Assembly: GCF_032191835.1 (NCBI RefSeq) | Contig: NC_083233.1 | Span: forward strand, 10,850,001 to 10,914,000 | Reading direction: 5' to 3' | From: Heteronotia binoei | Taxonomy: Eukaryota | Length of the DNA stretch: 64,000 bases | Part shown: in pieces, positions 48,992-60,249 of the stretch | Layout of the letters: every line of letters begins with the position of its first letter | How positions within the stretch are numbered: the first letter of the stretch is position 1 | Notes under the pieces: model-generated | Told to the model about the DNA's origin: nothing | The model's database searches: none | What the model saw: only the letters and a program-made list of their open reading frames with translations | Position numbers and translations under genes: made by a program

Positions 48992-49584
48992 CAGAGGTGG
49001 AATTCTAGCAGGAGCTCCTTTGCATATTAGGCCACACGCCCAAGAGCTTACAAAAAAAAAACCTTGTAAGTGTCAAGTCGGCTGATTCAATAACGAGACC
49101 TTCTTGATAAAAAGTTTCTAGTTTATTGATATCATTGTTCTCGACTGCTAAGAGATTGAAAGACTGAAGATCATACAGTAAAGTGTAATCATATAAGGTA
49201 TACTTCAAAGGGATTCTTTAGGGAGGGGGTACTATGCAGGGCACATTCACACATTGATGTTACAAATTCGTTCTCAGGCCCGTTGGCCTTGGGCGAAAAC
49301 CTCCATCCGGTGCCCAGCCTGAGAAGGCACTATAATCTCTTTCACATATTCCCATTTCAAAGCAAAGCTACATAACAAAGGAAGGGAGGGGGGGGAAAGG
49401 AGAGGTTGAGCTAGCAGCATTGGTATACAGTGTGGCTTTTACCCAGAATGCTTTCCCCTGAAGCAAAGACAGAATACAGACTTGACCAGAGTTGAAGCAG
49501 ACTTGAGAGTAAGATCTTGGAGAACTGGCTACATCAGGGGTGTGTGGCCTAATATGCAAAGGAGCTCCTGCTAGAATTCCACCT
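48992..49584. mobile_element. Palindromic MITE (family of 6823-7373) carrying a central LTR insertion
   Basis: aggtggaattctagcaggagctcctttgcatattaggccacac and its reverse complement at the two ends. Confidence 0.75.
49071..49508 (-). mobile_element. Solo LTR (438 bp), Gypsy-like
   Basis: tgtcaagtc...gacttgaga termini; perfect 5-bp TSD GTAAG; AATAAA about 55 nt from the minus-strand 3' end. Confidence 0.8.
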
Positions 49585-49956
49585 AAATCCTGGTATTCGA
49601 GTTTAATCCATCCTAGTTCCATGAAGCCCAGCTCAGGCTAGACCAACCTCGTAAGATCTCAGGAGCCAAACAATGTAGCTAAGCGGTCAGCCCTGGTTGG
49701 TATTTAGATGGGTGACCACCAAGGAACACCAGGTTCACTCCATATAAAATACTCTCAGATCAAAATCCTAATATAACCTTGGATGCCCCCCCCCCCCAAA
49801 AAAAAATTATTCCTTTTTGTCTTTTGGGAAATAAACAGATTATAAATGAAGTTTCAGATTGTTATAATACTCAAGACACTGAATTACAGAGCTTTTATTG
49901 GACAAAGGAAAGTAAAGGAATTCCAGGATCGCTACACAGAGGCAGGCAATGGCAAT

Positions 49957-50538
49957 GGGGGAGGGACGGTGGCTCAGTGGTAGAGCATCTGCTTGGGAAG
50001 CAGAAGGTCCCAGGTTCAATCTCTGGCATCTCCAAAAAAGAGTCCAGGCAAAGAGGTGTGAAAAACCTCAGCTTGAGACCCTGGAGAGCCGCTGCCAGTC
50101 TGAGTAGACAATACTGACTTTGATGGACCCAGGGTCTGATTCAGTATAAGGCAGCTTCATATGTTCATATGTTTTGGGGAGGGACGGTGGCTCAGTGGTA
50201 GAGCATCTGCTTGGGAAGCAGAAGGCCCCAGGTTCAATCCCTGGCATCTCCAAAAAAGGGTCCAGGGAAAGAGGTGTGAAAAACCTCAGCTTGAGACCCT
50301 GGAGAGCCACTGCTGGTCAGGGGAGGGACTGTGGCTCAGTGGTAGAGCATCTGCTTGGGAAGCAGAAGGTCCCAGGTTCAATCCCCGGCATCTCTAAAAA
50401 AAAAAGGGTCCAGGCAAATAGGTGTGAAAAACCTTAGCTTGAGACCCTGGAGAGCTGCTGCCAGTCTGAGTAGACAATACTGACTTTGATGGACCCAGGG
50501 TCTGATTCAGTATAAGGCAGCTTCATATGTTCATATAT
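49957..50538 (+). mobile_element. Head-to-tail trimer of a tRNA-headed SINE with CR1-like tail
   Basis: Three ggga.ggac.gtggctcagtggtagagcatctgcttgggaagcagaagg heads with A and B boxes; middle unit lacks the tail. Confidence 0.82.
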
Positions 50539-50680
50539 TCAAACCACTTCTGAACGTCTCTTGCCTTGAAAGCCCATGAGGTCACCATAAGTCAGCTGCA
50601 ACTTGATGGGGGGGGGGGAGTTCTCTGGATGAACCGATAACGAACAAAGCGGGGTGGGGGGGGGAGAGAACTGTACATAC

Positions 50681-50778
50681 TTCTCTGCCAGCTCCTCGAT
50701 GAAGACCGTTACCATAGTATCCTGCCCAACATCCTGTATGTGGGCATTGTAATATTTCCCCCCAGTCTCTAGGCGTAC
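50681..50778 (-). CDS. ALG13: ALG13 exon E7, Tudor domain: [32 protein letters not shown](K)
   Basis: cttcag|GTA...AA|gtatgt; 98 nt, phase 0 to 2. Confidence 0.95.
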
Positions 50779-51157
50779 CTGAAGGGGGAAAAGAGACCCA
50801 AGGTAAACCCCAAGACAGCAAGCAATCCTTGGCAATCTACTTTCCCCAACCGGATCCTGCCGAAGGAGCTCAGAGCTGGAATAAACATCTGAAGGACTTA
50901 TGAACTTGCCACAGGCCACCACAGCAGCACCGTAATAGATTACAAACTTTAAAAAGAAACAAAGCAAACCACACCCATTTAGAACTCTCAAGGAGCACAC
51001 ACAAAAGCCCTCCAGCCCTGTCCAACTAGACTTTCGGTTTGTGCTTCTCAAAAGAGCAGTCCCTGGGCCCTCAAAAGCAATTTGTATGAGATTCTATTTA
51101 GGAAGTAGAGAAGAGCCATGGCTCAGTATCACATTTGCAGCAGCAGCAGGAGGAGGG

Positions 51158-51362
51158 AGAGAAGGAAGTTGGATTTATACCCCACCTTCACTAGAAGTCA
51201 GAGTGGCTTGCAATCGTTTTCCATTCCTCCCCTCCCCCCCAAAACAGACACCCTGTGAGGTAGATGGGACTGAGAGAACCCAGCAGGCTGCTTGTGAAGG
51301 AGTGGAGAATCAAACCCGGCTCTCCAGATTAGAGTCCACTACTCTTAACCACTACACCACCA
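51158..51362 (-). mobile_element. CORE-SINE, short older variant
   Basis: Tail ggatttataccccacc, head ccactacaccac. Confidence 0.7.
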
Positions 51363-51899
51363 AGCTGGCTGAATTCCTGGTACTTCCAGGAGGATTAGGC
51401 CATAGCTGATGTGAAAGGCCTCTACCTGAGACCCTGGAGAGCCGCTACCAGTTTGGGTGGACACTACTGACCTTGATGGACCAATAGTTTCATGTGTGAT
51501 GTTGGCCTTGAATACTAGGGATATAATCCCAGCGTGATACATTATACCAGCTAGCAATGTTGACATTTTCAAACGTTATGCCACGACCGGGCAGTGGAAG
51601 AAGCTTCTGGAGGCAACTGTGGTCTGTTTTAATGCCGGGTGAACATCTGCTGGTGATGGCTTAAGCTTTGGACACCCTGTTCACTTCAGCTCAAGCAGCT
51701 GGCTCCGGGTTTTTGACACAGAAACTGGGAAACACAACTGGGTCGATGGTTGCCACCACTTCATGAAGGAGGGGAGAACAAGATCAGAGGTCGACACACA
51801 TGCTGAAGATTTAACAACATCTGTACTTTTTAAAAACTGGAGCTAAAGATGGCCCCTGGATGATTTGGATGTGATGCTCTGATCGCATCCAATTTAGAT

Positions 51900-52330
51900 T
51901 ACTGGTAATTAGCTCAATGAGAGGCAGCCTTTGCACACCGTCCAGAAATTGCAATTGCTCCAAAATGCAGCGGCCAGGCCACTGCTGGGGCTTGTTTTAC
52001 AGGGCATGTATCATCTGGAAGACAAGCACTTCTGGACACATTTCAGAGTACTTGTTCTTACCCTTAAAGCCCTAAATGCTTGGATACAGCATAGCTGAAG
52101 GACTGCCTTTCCTTCCCCTGTACTGTCCAGCCTGACGGCTAAGATCTCCTTCCCAAACCCTGCTCTCCGTGGTGAAGTGGGTGTCAACAAGAGACATGGC
52201 TTTTTCAGTAGTGGCACCTTGCTTGTGGAATGTCCTCTCCCTTGAGGCTTGTCTGGTGCATGCCTTTTAGACACCAGACCTAAAAATTTCCTTTCACCCA
52301 GGCTTTAATTAGGGGTTATCTTTTTAGCTG
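51900..52330 (+). mobile_element. Old L2 3' fragment
   Basis: Degenerate QKLQLLQNAAAR and FRVLVLTLKALN motifs. Confidence 0.55.
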
Positions 52331-52553
52331 TGTTTGTGGCCTACCTCTATTAGATGTCTGTTCCATAGATAATTCTATGCTGTCCCCAGCTTACTTTGTT
52401 TTCACACTGGTAACTTAGGATGATTTTATATGTAAGCCACCTCTGAGCAGGGCTCTGAAGAGCAAGATCTGCTCTTGCTAAGACAGGAGAACTGCAGGAC
52501 AGCATAGTTAAACACAGGTCAGATGAAATCAAATGCCGCTTTAGGAAAGTTCA

Positions 52554-52675
52554 CTTAAGAGCACACGAAAGCTTACGTTCTAAATAAAAATTGGTTGGTC
52601 TTAAAGGTGCGATTTGACTCCTGCTTTGTTCAACTGCTTCAGACCACCACGGCTGCCCGCTTGGAACCACTTTAG
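52554..52675 (+). mobile_element. 5'-truncated Penelope-type terminal repeat (3' half of a hammerhead)
   Basis: cttaagagcacac-gaaagctt-acgttctaaataaaaattggttggtcttaaaggtgc, near-identical to the minus strand of 9660-9725. Confidence 0.65.
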
Positions 52676-53044
52676 GAAACAAAGCCTGAAAACCAGAAGG
52701 GGGGCCAAAACCATTCTCATATTCAAGTTAACTTTTTCCTGTATTCTTTTCTCAACTTGCAAAGCTTAGCCTTGTGCTGAGATTTTAAAATAATCTACAG
52801 TACTGATTGACTTGAATAGAAGAATGTGCCAAAGATCTATTTTCCCCAGTCTTGCAGGATCCCAGAACACACCACGCCCAGTCAACCGCGATTCCTGCAG
52901 GTCAAAAAGATCACCTTCCAGTTCAGAGAATGGAATGGATAGGAGAGCCCTGAACAAAGATATGATATTGGTGTCAATTTAGAAAGGGGATGGAAATCTT
53001 GAGTCCAGCCTGCCAAAGTATAGGTTGTGAAAAGCCAATAAACA

Positions 53045-53431
53045 GAAGAAGATGATTTTGGATTTATATCCCGCCCTCCACTCTGAAGAGTCTCAGAGCG
53101 GCTCACAATCTCCTCTACCTTCCTCCCCCACAACAGACACCCTGTGAGGTAGATGAAGATATTGGATTTATATCCCACCCTCCACTCCGAAGAGTCTCAG
53201 AGCGGCTCACAGTCTCCTTTACCTTCCTCCCCCACAACAGACACCCTGTGAGGTGGGTGGGGCTGGAGAGGGCTCTCCCAGCAGCTGCCCTTTCAAGGAC
53301 AACCTCTGCCAGAGCTATGGCTGACCCAAGGCCATGCCAACAAGTGCAAGTGGAGGAGTGGGGAATCAAACCCGGTTTTTCCCAGGTACGTAAGTGTCCG
53401 CACACTTAACCACTACACCAAACCGGCTCTC
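53045..53431 (-). mobile_element. CORE-SINE with two tail units
   Basis: gtgaggtagatgaagatattgg junction at about 53145-53165. Confidence 0.85.
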
Positions 53432-53687
53432 CACGTTTGGGAAAAGAGCAGGAGTAGAAAGTTTCACAGTTTACAGTTCTGTAGGAAGATCTGTAAAAGT
53501 TTCCCGTCCTCTTGCCTGGTGGTTTATTGCACTGATTATGCATAAACAGAAGCTTGAGGGGGACACTCATATTACTTCAGGTGACTGTTTCAGGCTTAAG
53601 AAAAACCCTTTTTTTAAATCTTATGCCCTTAATTATAACAAATTATTAAGCAGTTGCTTTGAACGAACTTTTATCACATCATCTCAC

Positions 53688-53752
53688 CTGACACTTGTCG
53701 CCTAAGTAATACTGTCTTCCAGCGAACACCAAATAATCTGTTTTTTGCAGTT
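53688..53752 (-). CDS. ALG13: ALG13 exon E6, Tudor start: (E)[21 protein letters not shown]
   Basis: ttgtag|AA...CAG|gtgaga; 65 nt, phase 1 to 0. Confidence 0.95.
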
Positions 53753-54149
53753 CTACAAAATAAATAAAAAATTAAAACCTAACCCGAATATCTGACATGC
53801 AGTTTCCAAACTGATGCTGTAGCACATGTGCCCCCCCACACACACACACACCTTTTTTGCGCCTACAGGTACAATGAGTGCAGGCACAAAATGGCTGCCA
53901 CAAGAAGCAGAGTAGCCACAAAATGGCTGTTGCCACTTACCTTCAGTCACACAATGACAATCCTTGTGCTTTGAGGGTAGCTGCTCCCAAAACCACATTT
54001 TTAAAGAAATCTGCACTGCCAATCAAATCTCCACTGGCCAACCAGAAGTCTTGCTGCATAGAAGCCCTGGCTGATCCCACCCACTTTCTGAAGTCTCTTG
54101 GTGAATGGCAGGAAAGGTGCTGGTGGCGCCATATGGGGGACCCATTCTG

Positions 54150-54245
54150 TTTCAGAGCTTCAGCTGAGATAATGCTAATCTTAGGAGCCCAATCATAAAA
54201 TCTGATGCACCACCAAATTATATATAAAGAAACCTTTTAACATAG
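54150..54245 (+). repeat. 96-bp direct repeat, copy 1 (copy 2 at 55866-55961)
   Basis: tttcagagcttcagctgagataatgctaa...ccttttaaca.ag; 3 mismatches in 96. Confidence 0.92.
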
Positions 54246-54323
54246 AGTTTTCCTCATTACTTCCAAAATTAACCCACTCTGACCATGCACAGAGGCTTAA
54301 TGCAGTCAGACATCCTTGCACAC

Positions 54324-55150
54324 AGAATCACAGAGTTGAAAGGGACCTCCAGGGTCATCTAGTCCAACCCCGTGCACAATGCAGGAAACTCACAAATACG
54401 CACAAATACCTCCCCCTAAATTCACAGGATCTTCATTGCTGTCAGATGGCCATCTAGCCTCTGTTTAAAAACCTCCAAGGAAGGAGAGCCCACCACCTCC
54501 CAAGGAGGAAGCCTGTTAGAATCATAGAAGAGTTGGAAGGGACCTCCAGGGCCATCAAGTCCAACCCCCTGCACAATGCAGGAAACTCACAAACACCTCC
54601 CCCTAAATTCGCAGGATCCTCATTGCTGTCAGATGGCCATCTAGCCTCTGTTGAAAAACCTCCAAGGAAGGAGAGCCCACCACCTCCTGAGGAAGCCTGT
54701 TTCACTGAGGAAACTCACAAACACCTCCCCCTAAATTCGCAGGATCCTCATTGCTGTCAGATGGCCATCTAGCCTCTGTTGAAAAACCTCCAAGGAAGGG
54801 GAGCACACCACCTCCTGAGGAGGAAGCCTGTTAGAATCATAGAAGAGTTGGAAGGGACCTCCAGGGCCATCAAGTCCAACCCCCTGCACAATGCAGGAAA
54901 CTCACAAACACCTCCCCCTAAATTCGCAGGATCCTCATTGCTGTCAGATGGCCATCTAGCCTCTGTTGAAAAACCTCCAAGGAAGGGGAGCACACCACCT
55001 CCTGAGGAGGAAGCCTGTTAGAAACATAGAAGAGTTGGAAGGGACCTCCAGGGCCATCAAGTCCAACCCCCTGCACAATGCAGGAAACTCACAAACACCT
55101 CCCCCTAAATTCACAGGATCTTCTTTGCTGTCAGATGGCCATCTAGCCTG
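54324..55150 (-). repeat. Tandem array of CR1 3' ends (about 187-bp unit, 4-5 units)
   Basis: Units start at 54324, 54518, 54708 (partial), 54833, 55020. Confidence 0.88.
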
Positions 55151-55477
55151 TGGATGTTCGAGCATGACTGTCATACTCTGTCAATAGTGGAGCACATTAT
55201 AGACAGAGTTGGGGGTATGCTGCTCTGCCAGCCAGTTCCACACTTTCCTAATCTAATGGTGGTATGCATTTGCAGCTATTCCCTCAACTACCACACTGGT
55301 GTATGCATGTCATATGTGATGTACCTGGTCTTCCAGAGTAGCATGTAATGTACATTCACGTGACATCCCCACATTGCTGCACACGATGCCAACGAAACAC
55401 TGCAATTTTCTGCAGCAACCAAATAGAGCTGCCCCAATGTGCAGAACTGCCCTTGTGTACTAGCTAGCATAAGATAC

Positions 55478-55583
55478 CTTTTCTGCTGTCTAACCACACA
55501 TCAAATTCTATGTTCCGGTAGATCTCAGGGTCCAGGGCTTTCAGCACCTTGTAAGGAAAGGGCATCTTTGGGTTTTCAGAAGG
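55478..55583 (-). CDS. ALG13: ALG13 exon E5: [35 protein letters not shown](E)
   Basis: ttgcag|CCT...AAA G|gtatct; 106 nt, phase 0 to 1; near-identical to the recalled ALG13/OTUD4 motif. Confidence 0.95.
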
Positions 55584-55865
55584 CTGCAAAGTTAAAATGG
55601 ACAAGTTTAGAATGCAGGCATGACTTCTTGCACTTGTAATCCTTTCCAACAGAGGTTATCATTGGGGATGATGGGAATGCCCGGCACCAGTCCAACTGGG
55701 ATTCCCTGTACTCAAGAGTTTCACTCCAGTGATGATCTGTTGACTTTCACAGGATTCCAAAGAGTAAAGTGAGCATATTCTTTCCCATTTCACCTGTGTT
55801 CATAGAGACTGAGGATTTATTAAAAGCCCCAGGAGTGCACACTTGTGCACACTTTCAGTGCACAC

Positions 55866-55961
55866 TTTCAGAGCTTCAGCTGAGATAATGCTAAACTTAG
55901 GAGCCCAATCATAAAATCTGATGCACCACCAAATTATATATAAAGAGACCTTTTAACACAG
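55866..55961 (+). repeat. 96-bp direct repeat, copy 2
   Basis: As above; preceded by short gtgcacactt(tca) reiterations. Confidence 0.92.
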
Positions 55962-57420
55962 GGACAGAAAAACCCATGCATTGCAGCAGTAACAACAAAA
56001 TTAGAAACTCTGTTCTAACTCTGTTTTCTGTTCTCAAAAGGTGGCTTTATTATCTTTTTATTTCTGTGTTGCAATACCTGGCTATGCTTTTTTTCTGGAA
56101 CTCTTAAATCTCAGGATGAGAGAATTCCACAGCTTTACCTCCCCACCCTCCACCCAAAATCCACAGTCTCTATCAACTCAGGGAGGAGGGATGGTAAAAA
56201 CCACCAAAATATGAGGCCCTCTTGACTGTAGGATCACCCTACCCTAGATTTTTATCTGAAGGGGAGGGGGGATTTGATCAAGAGAGTCCTATAATAGAAT
56301 TTATGATCATCCCTAGTTAGAATCCAACAGACCTATGCATTAGTTTTCACTGCAACAGCAGTTGCAGAGTGCCACATATGGGAGTCAGCATCAAGCGTGA
56401 AATACCAGAAGATTGACTGCAAAGCCATAAACCGTGGCGGCAACAATGAAGAGTTATATACTGGCAGCTTATATCTGGAACTTGACAGGCTTTGACTTTG
56501 AGAATGTCAATTGAGACAGGTCAAGTGATTTCTGGATAAAGCCAGGGCTGTTAGGTAAAGTCAAGCAAGGCAAATCTTGCTCTTGACTTCCAGTTTGTTT
56601 GGATTTTCACTTAAAGATGGCAGATGGTGGGCTCACAGAAACAGGACAATTCTCTTACGGCCTCCTCTCCACCCCACCCTTACAGGCTTGGATTCTGGTC
56701 ACTGTGGGTCACTGTATGAGAAAAAGAACAGCAATGGGACTTAAGGTCTAATGGAGGAGATCTATACAGCTCTTATGTATCTGAAAACAGCTCTGGCTCT
56801 GTATTTCTGGCTAGATGTATATTCAGGTTCAAAATGTGTTTTGAGATTTTAAGCAACAAAAAACAGGAAAGGATTCTGACTGACAGAAGATGATGAAGTG
56901 GGTGGGGATAAAGGAGCAGGCCCTGGATTCAGTGGGAGCGCACAGAAGCGTAGCTCCTGAACCTTTCTGAGAGTTCCACCTCCTCCTTCTGAGAGTTCCA
57001 CTTCCTTGTCCATTGAATAGTAGGTGCAGCTGCATAACAAGCCCTGGATGAGCTCCACCACCTATTTTTCTACAAAATGACCCCTGTAAAGGAGGGTGCA
57101 ACAAAGTATCTGCGCATCACAAGATGTTCACTGAAACCAAAGGCATGTGCTGCCCCAAATGGTGAATGGTATCTTCAGTGCAGCTTTGAGACAAATATCA
57201 TGTTCAAAGCCCAAGTGTTATTTCCCCTACAGGCTTCTGATTTCTTCACCTAGCGAAGCAGAAGGCCTGTACGTTCTTAGAAAAATAGCAGGACATAAAA
57301 AAAAAAAAGCGGAGAGAGGGAGAAGAGAGATTAGCAAAAGGAGATCCTGGAAATTCTCCTGTTTCCCATGGAAGGGATTCTCAGGCACACAGGATTATCT
57401 CTTGTTTTAAGATGTCAAAC

Positions 57421-57496
57421 CTTCGCTTCTTCAGCACCTTGCTTGCATTTTTCTGCCGGCAGGGTAACCAATTCATAGTTTTCCCAGTCTTCCACC
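57421..57496 (-). CDS. ALG13: ALG13 exon E4: (R)VEDWENYELVTLPAEKCKQGAEEAK
   Basis: cctag|G...AAG|gtttga; 76 nt, phase 2 to 0; position and length fit the recalled human RMEEWG...GTEETK segment. Confidence 0.85.
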
Positions 57497-57883
57497 CTAG
57501 GTAATGGAAAACACAAGAGATTTTCAGCACTGCAACAGACAGCCTTGGCTCAGCGCTAAGGGGGAGAGACAGAGAGAGAGGTGTATCTCTTCCAGAGTTT
57601 TGCAATACAAAAAGAGAAGCACCACGGCACCACCAAGTGGTGAAATTATAACTGTGACATGCAACTGCACTTCAGAACGTTCGATACGGCAAACTTAACT
57701 GTCCCATTTGAAAATCGTCACCTACCCAATACAAAACCCATACAACAAAACGAAGCTGGGGCTTGTAAAACAGGCAAAGCCCTTCGGACGAATGAGCACT
57801 CAAGATCACAGAGCAAGTTCACACAAGGAAATGCCACATTTTGACGCCTGAATAATCCAAAGGCACATTGCTTCAAAAAGCAC

Positions 57884-58064
57884 CTCTTTTCTGAAAAATT
57901 CTTGTTTGATCTCTCCAGAAGGCAGTCAAAATTGGCATCTTCGCTTCCAACAGATGTACTATTTCTGTTTTTCTTGGCTCCGCTTCGAAACATCTCAACT
58001 GCAGTCCTCAGCTCCTCTTCAGGCACATGGAACACGTTTTTGTACAGGATCTCGTACAGCACCG
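57884..58064 (-). CDS. ALG13: ALG13 exon E3: (A)[59 protein letters not shown](R)
   Basis: cctag|CG...AG|gtgctt; 181 nt, phase 1 to 2; lies within ORF 57718-58104. Confidence 0.93.
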
Positions 58065-58199
58065 CTAGGAAAACAGAACTTAGTTTTAAAATAAAGATCT
58101 GCATCCCAGTTTCGATGCTATCGCGTTCTCAAGATCAACGAGAGGCATCTCTAATGTGCTAATTTTAATTCTTTTGACTGGTGAAAAATGCCTCTAAGT

Positions 58200-58657
58200 T
58201 GCACTCAACCTATGGTGAAACCCTTGGGGCTCTTTAGCTTGGAAAAACGTCGACTGTGGGGTGACATGATAGAGGTTTACAGGATTATGCATGGGATGGA
58301 GAAGGTAGAGAAAGAAGTACTTTTCTCCCTTTCTCACAATACAAGAACTCGTGGGCATTCCATGAAATTGCTGAGCAGTCAGGTTAGAATGGATAAAAGG
58401 AGGTACTTCTTCACCCAAAGGGTGATTAACATGTGGAATACACTGCCACAGGAGGTGGTGGCGGCTACAAGCATAGCCATCTTCAAGAGGGGGTTAGATA
58501 AAAATATGGAGCAGAGGTCCATCAGTGGCTATTAGCCACAGTGTGTATATATATATGTGTGTGTGTATATATATAAATTTTTGGCCACTGTGTGATACAG
58601 AGTGTTGGACTGGATGGGCCATTGGCCTGATCCAACATGGCTTCTCTTATGTTCTTA
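58200..58657 (+). mobile_element. CR1 LINE 3' end (ORF2 C-terminus and 3' UTR with a TA/TG microsatellite)
   Basis: ORF 58188-58535: LGLFSLEKRRLWGDMIEVYRIM...FFTQRVINMWNTLP. Confidence 0.92.
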
Positions 58658-59347
58658 GGGTTTTCAAGGTAAGAGATGAACAGAGGTGGCTTGTCATTGC
58701 CTGCCTCCGCACAGCAACTCTGCACTTGCTCAGTGGCCTCCCATCCAAGAACTAAGCAGGGCAAACCCTGCTTGGCTTCTGAGATCTAACAAGACTAGGC
58801 TAACCTGCGCCATCCAGCTCAAGCCTATGCTTTTGTCTGCTGCTGCTTATTTTAAGATAACTGGGGAGCCTGTTTGGGGCTCTGGCCAGGAGCTCCAGGT
58901 TCACAGAAATCCCAAGGACACAACATACACAATTCAGGTTTGCTTACAAGGAGATTTTAATAAGCAATGATCAAGCAACAGAAATAGCAGGCTAAACCCC
59001 CATCCGCTGTGTCCCGAATCCACACACACACAGAGCTAAAGCTAAGCATCTTATACCTTAATTGCTGGCTATCAGTAAAAAAATAATCAATGATGAAGCT
59101 CTCCCAAGCACTAGGATGAGCCAGGCCATCTCACACCTGGCATTTTGTGGTGAGAGAAAACAAATCTGACTTCCTAGAGAAGAGCTGCTAACAAGCATAG
59201 GGGAGAAGAATATTCTCTTGGGAGCATCTTGTAGCTGTCCCCTCTCAGAACTCAAGGTGACTACAAGTCAAGCACCAGCCTGTAACAAATATGGAGCTAC
59301 AAAAGCTATATAGAGTCTAGGAGAAAAGTGGGAATGTTTCTATTTAC

Positions 59348-59429
59348 CCTGGCAAATTGCAGCATTTGCCTGAAACTGTTTGGTGTACACGGAATCATAA
59401 TGGCCGTTACTAGAACAACACAGCAGAAT
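59348..59429 (-). CDS. ALG13: ALG13 exon E2, OTU His loop: [27 protein letters not shown]
   Basis: tttcag|ATT...CAG G|gtaaat; 82 nt, phase 0 to 1; GHYDSVY motif with the OTU catalytic His. Confidence 0.95.
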
Positions 59430-60176
59430 CTGAAAGACAAAAAATCTTGAATCAAAGATCTTCAAATCTGTTCATGTATTTCTTTATAAAAGAGCTCTCT
59501 CACACACCTCATTACACCATGAACTGAACAGAATGTTTCTGTGACCAGGTGTGACCTTGGGAAACCAACAGCTTCACAGCCAACAGGACTGCAGGTCCCA
59601 TTTTCAAGTCTGTTTCAACTTTTACAAGTCTGTTTCAAGATCCAAAACAATACATATATCATTTTAATAAAACAAAACTCTAATAACTTCTTGGTCATTT
59701 CCTGGAAACAACTCAGGGCTCTGGTTCTGAACCATGAAGCACCCAACTGCTTGGGTCCTATATATTTAATAGTGGATGTTTCCACATGGGGATTTCCCCT
59801 CCCCCGCCCAAATTTGGAAAGCAATCAGCATACACACACATCTTTTAAAGGGCTCAAATGGACAACTTTGGAATGGCTTCAGAGAAGTGTCCATCATAAC
59901 TATGGGGAAGAGGCATAGCCATGTACCCCTGTTAAAATGACATGATCTGAGGTGAACAATTTTTCTCCTTTACGTTTAAAATAATCACCAAAAAAAAAAA
60001 AAAAGGATTTCTCACTCTCACTAATAGTCTCCCATGTCACATTGTCAAAAGCTACATTTGATGGCAGCCCTTTGGCTGTACAAATTACCACACACTGCAG
60101 AATAGCCTGGTCAAAGAACACGCTCGCTTGAGACAGGTGCGCTTAAGAGATTGTTTTCATTCCTCACCTCCCTTAC

Positions 60177-60249
60177 CTTATCTTCAAAACCGTTGTCTGT
60201 AGCATAGGAAGGTGGCTTTCCGGGGTGTCGATAGAGAATGAAGTCTCGA
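60177..60249 (-). CDS. ALG13: ALG13 internal exon E1 (first in window), OTU domain: (N)[24 protein letters not shown]
   Basis: cctag|T...AAG|gtaagg; 73 nt, phase 2 to 0; matches recalled human ALG13 [24 protein letters not shown]. Confidence 0.93.

Noticed and set aside
49957-50400. tRNA-like sequences with A and B boxes
   Set aside because: They run into a SINE body and CR1-like tail and are repeated; these are SINE heads, not tRNA genes.
55728-55815. GTGATGA...CTGA on the + strand as a snoRNA
   Set aside because: Antisense to the host gene and no terminal stem.
1696-60249. Assignment to the paralogue OTUD4
   Set aside because: [27 protein letters not shown] and QYYFNLGLQ match recalled ALG13, not OTUD4.
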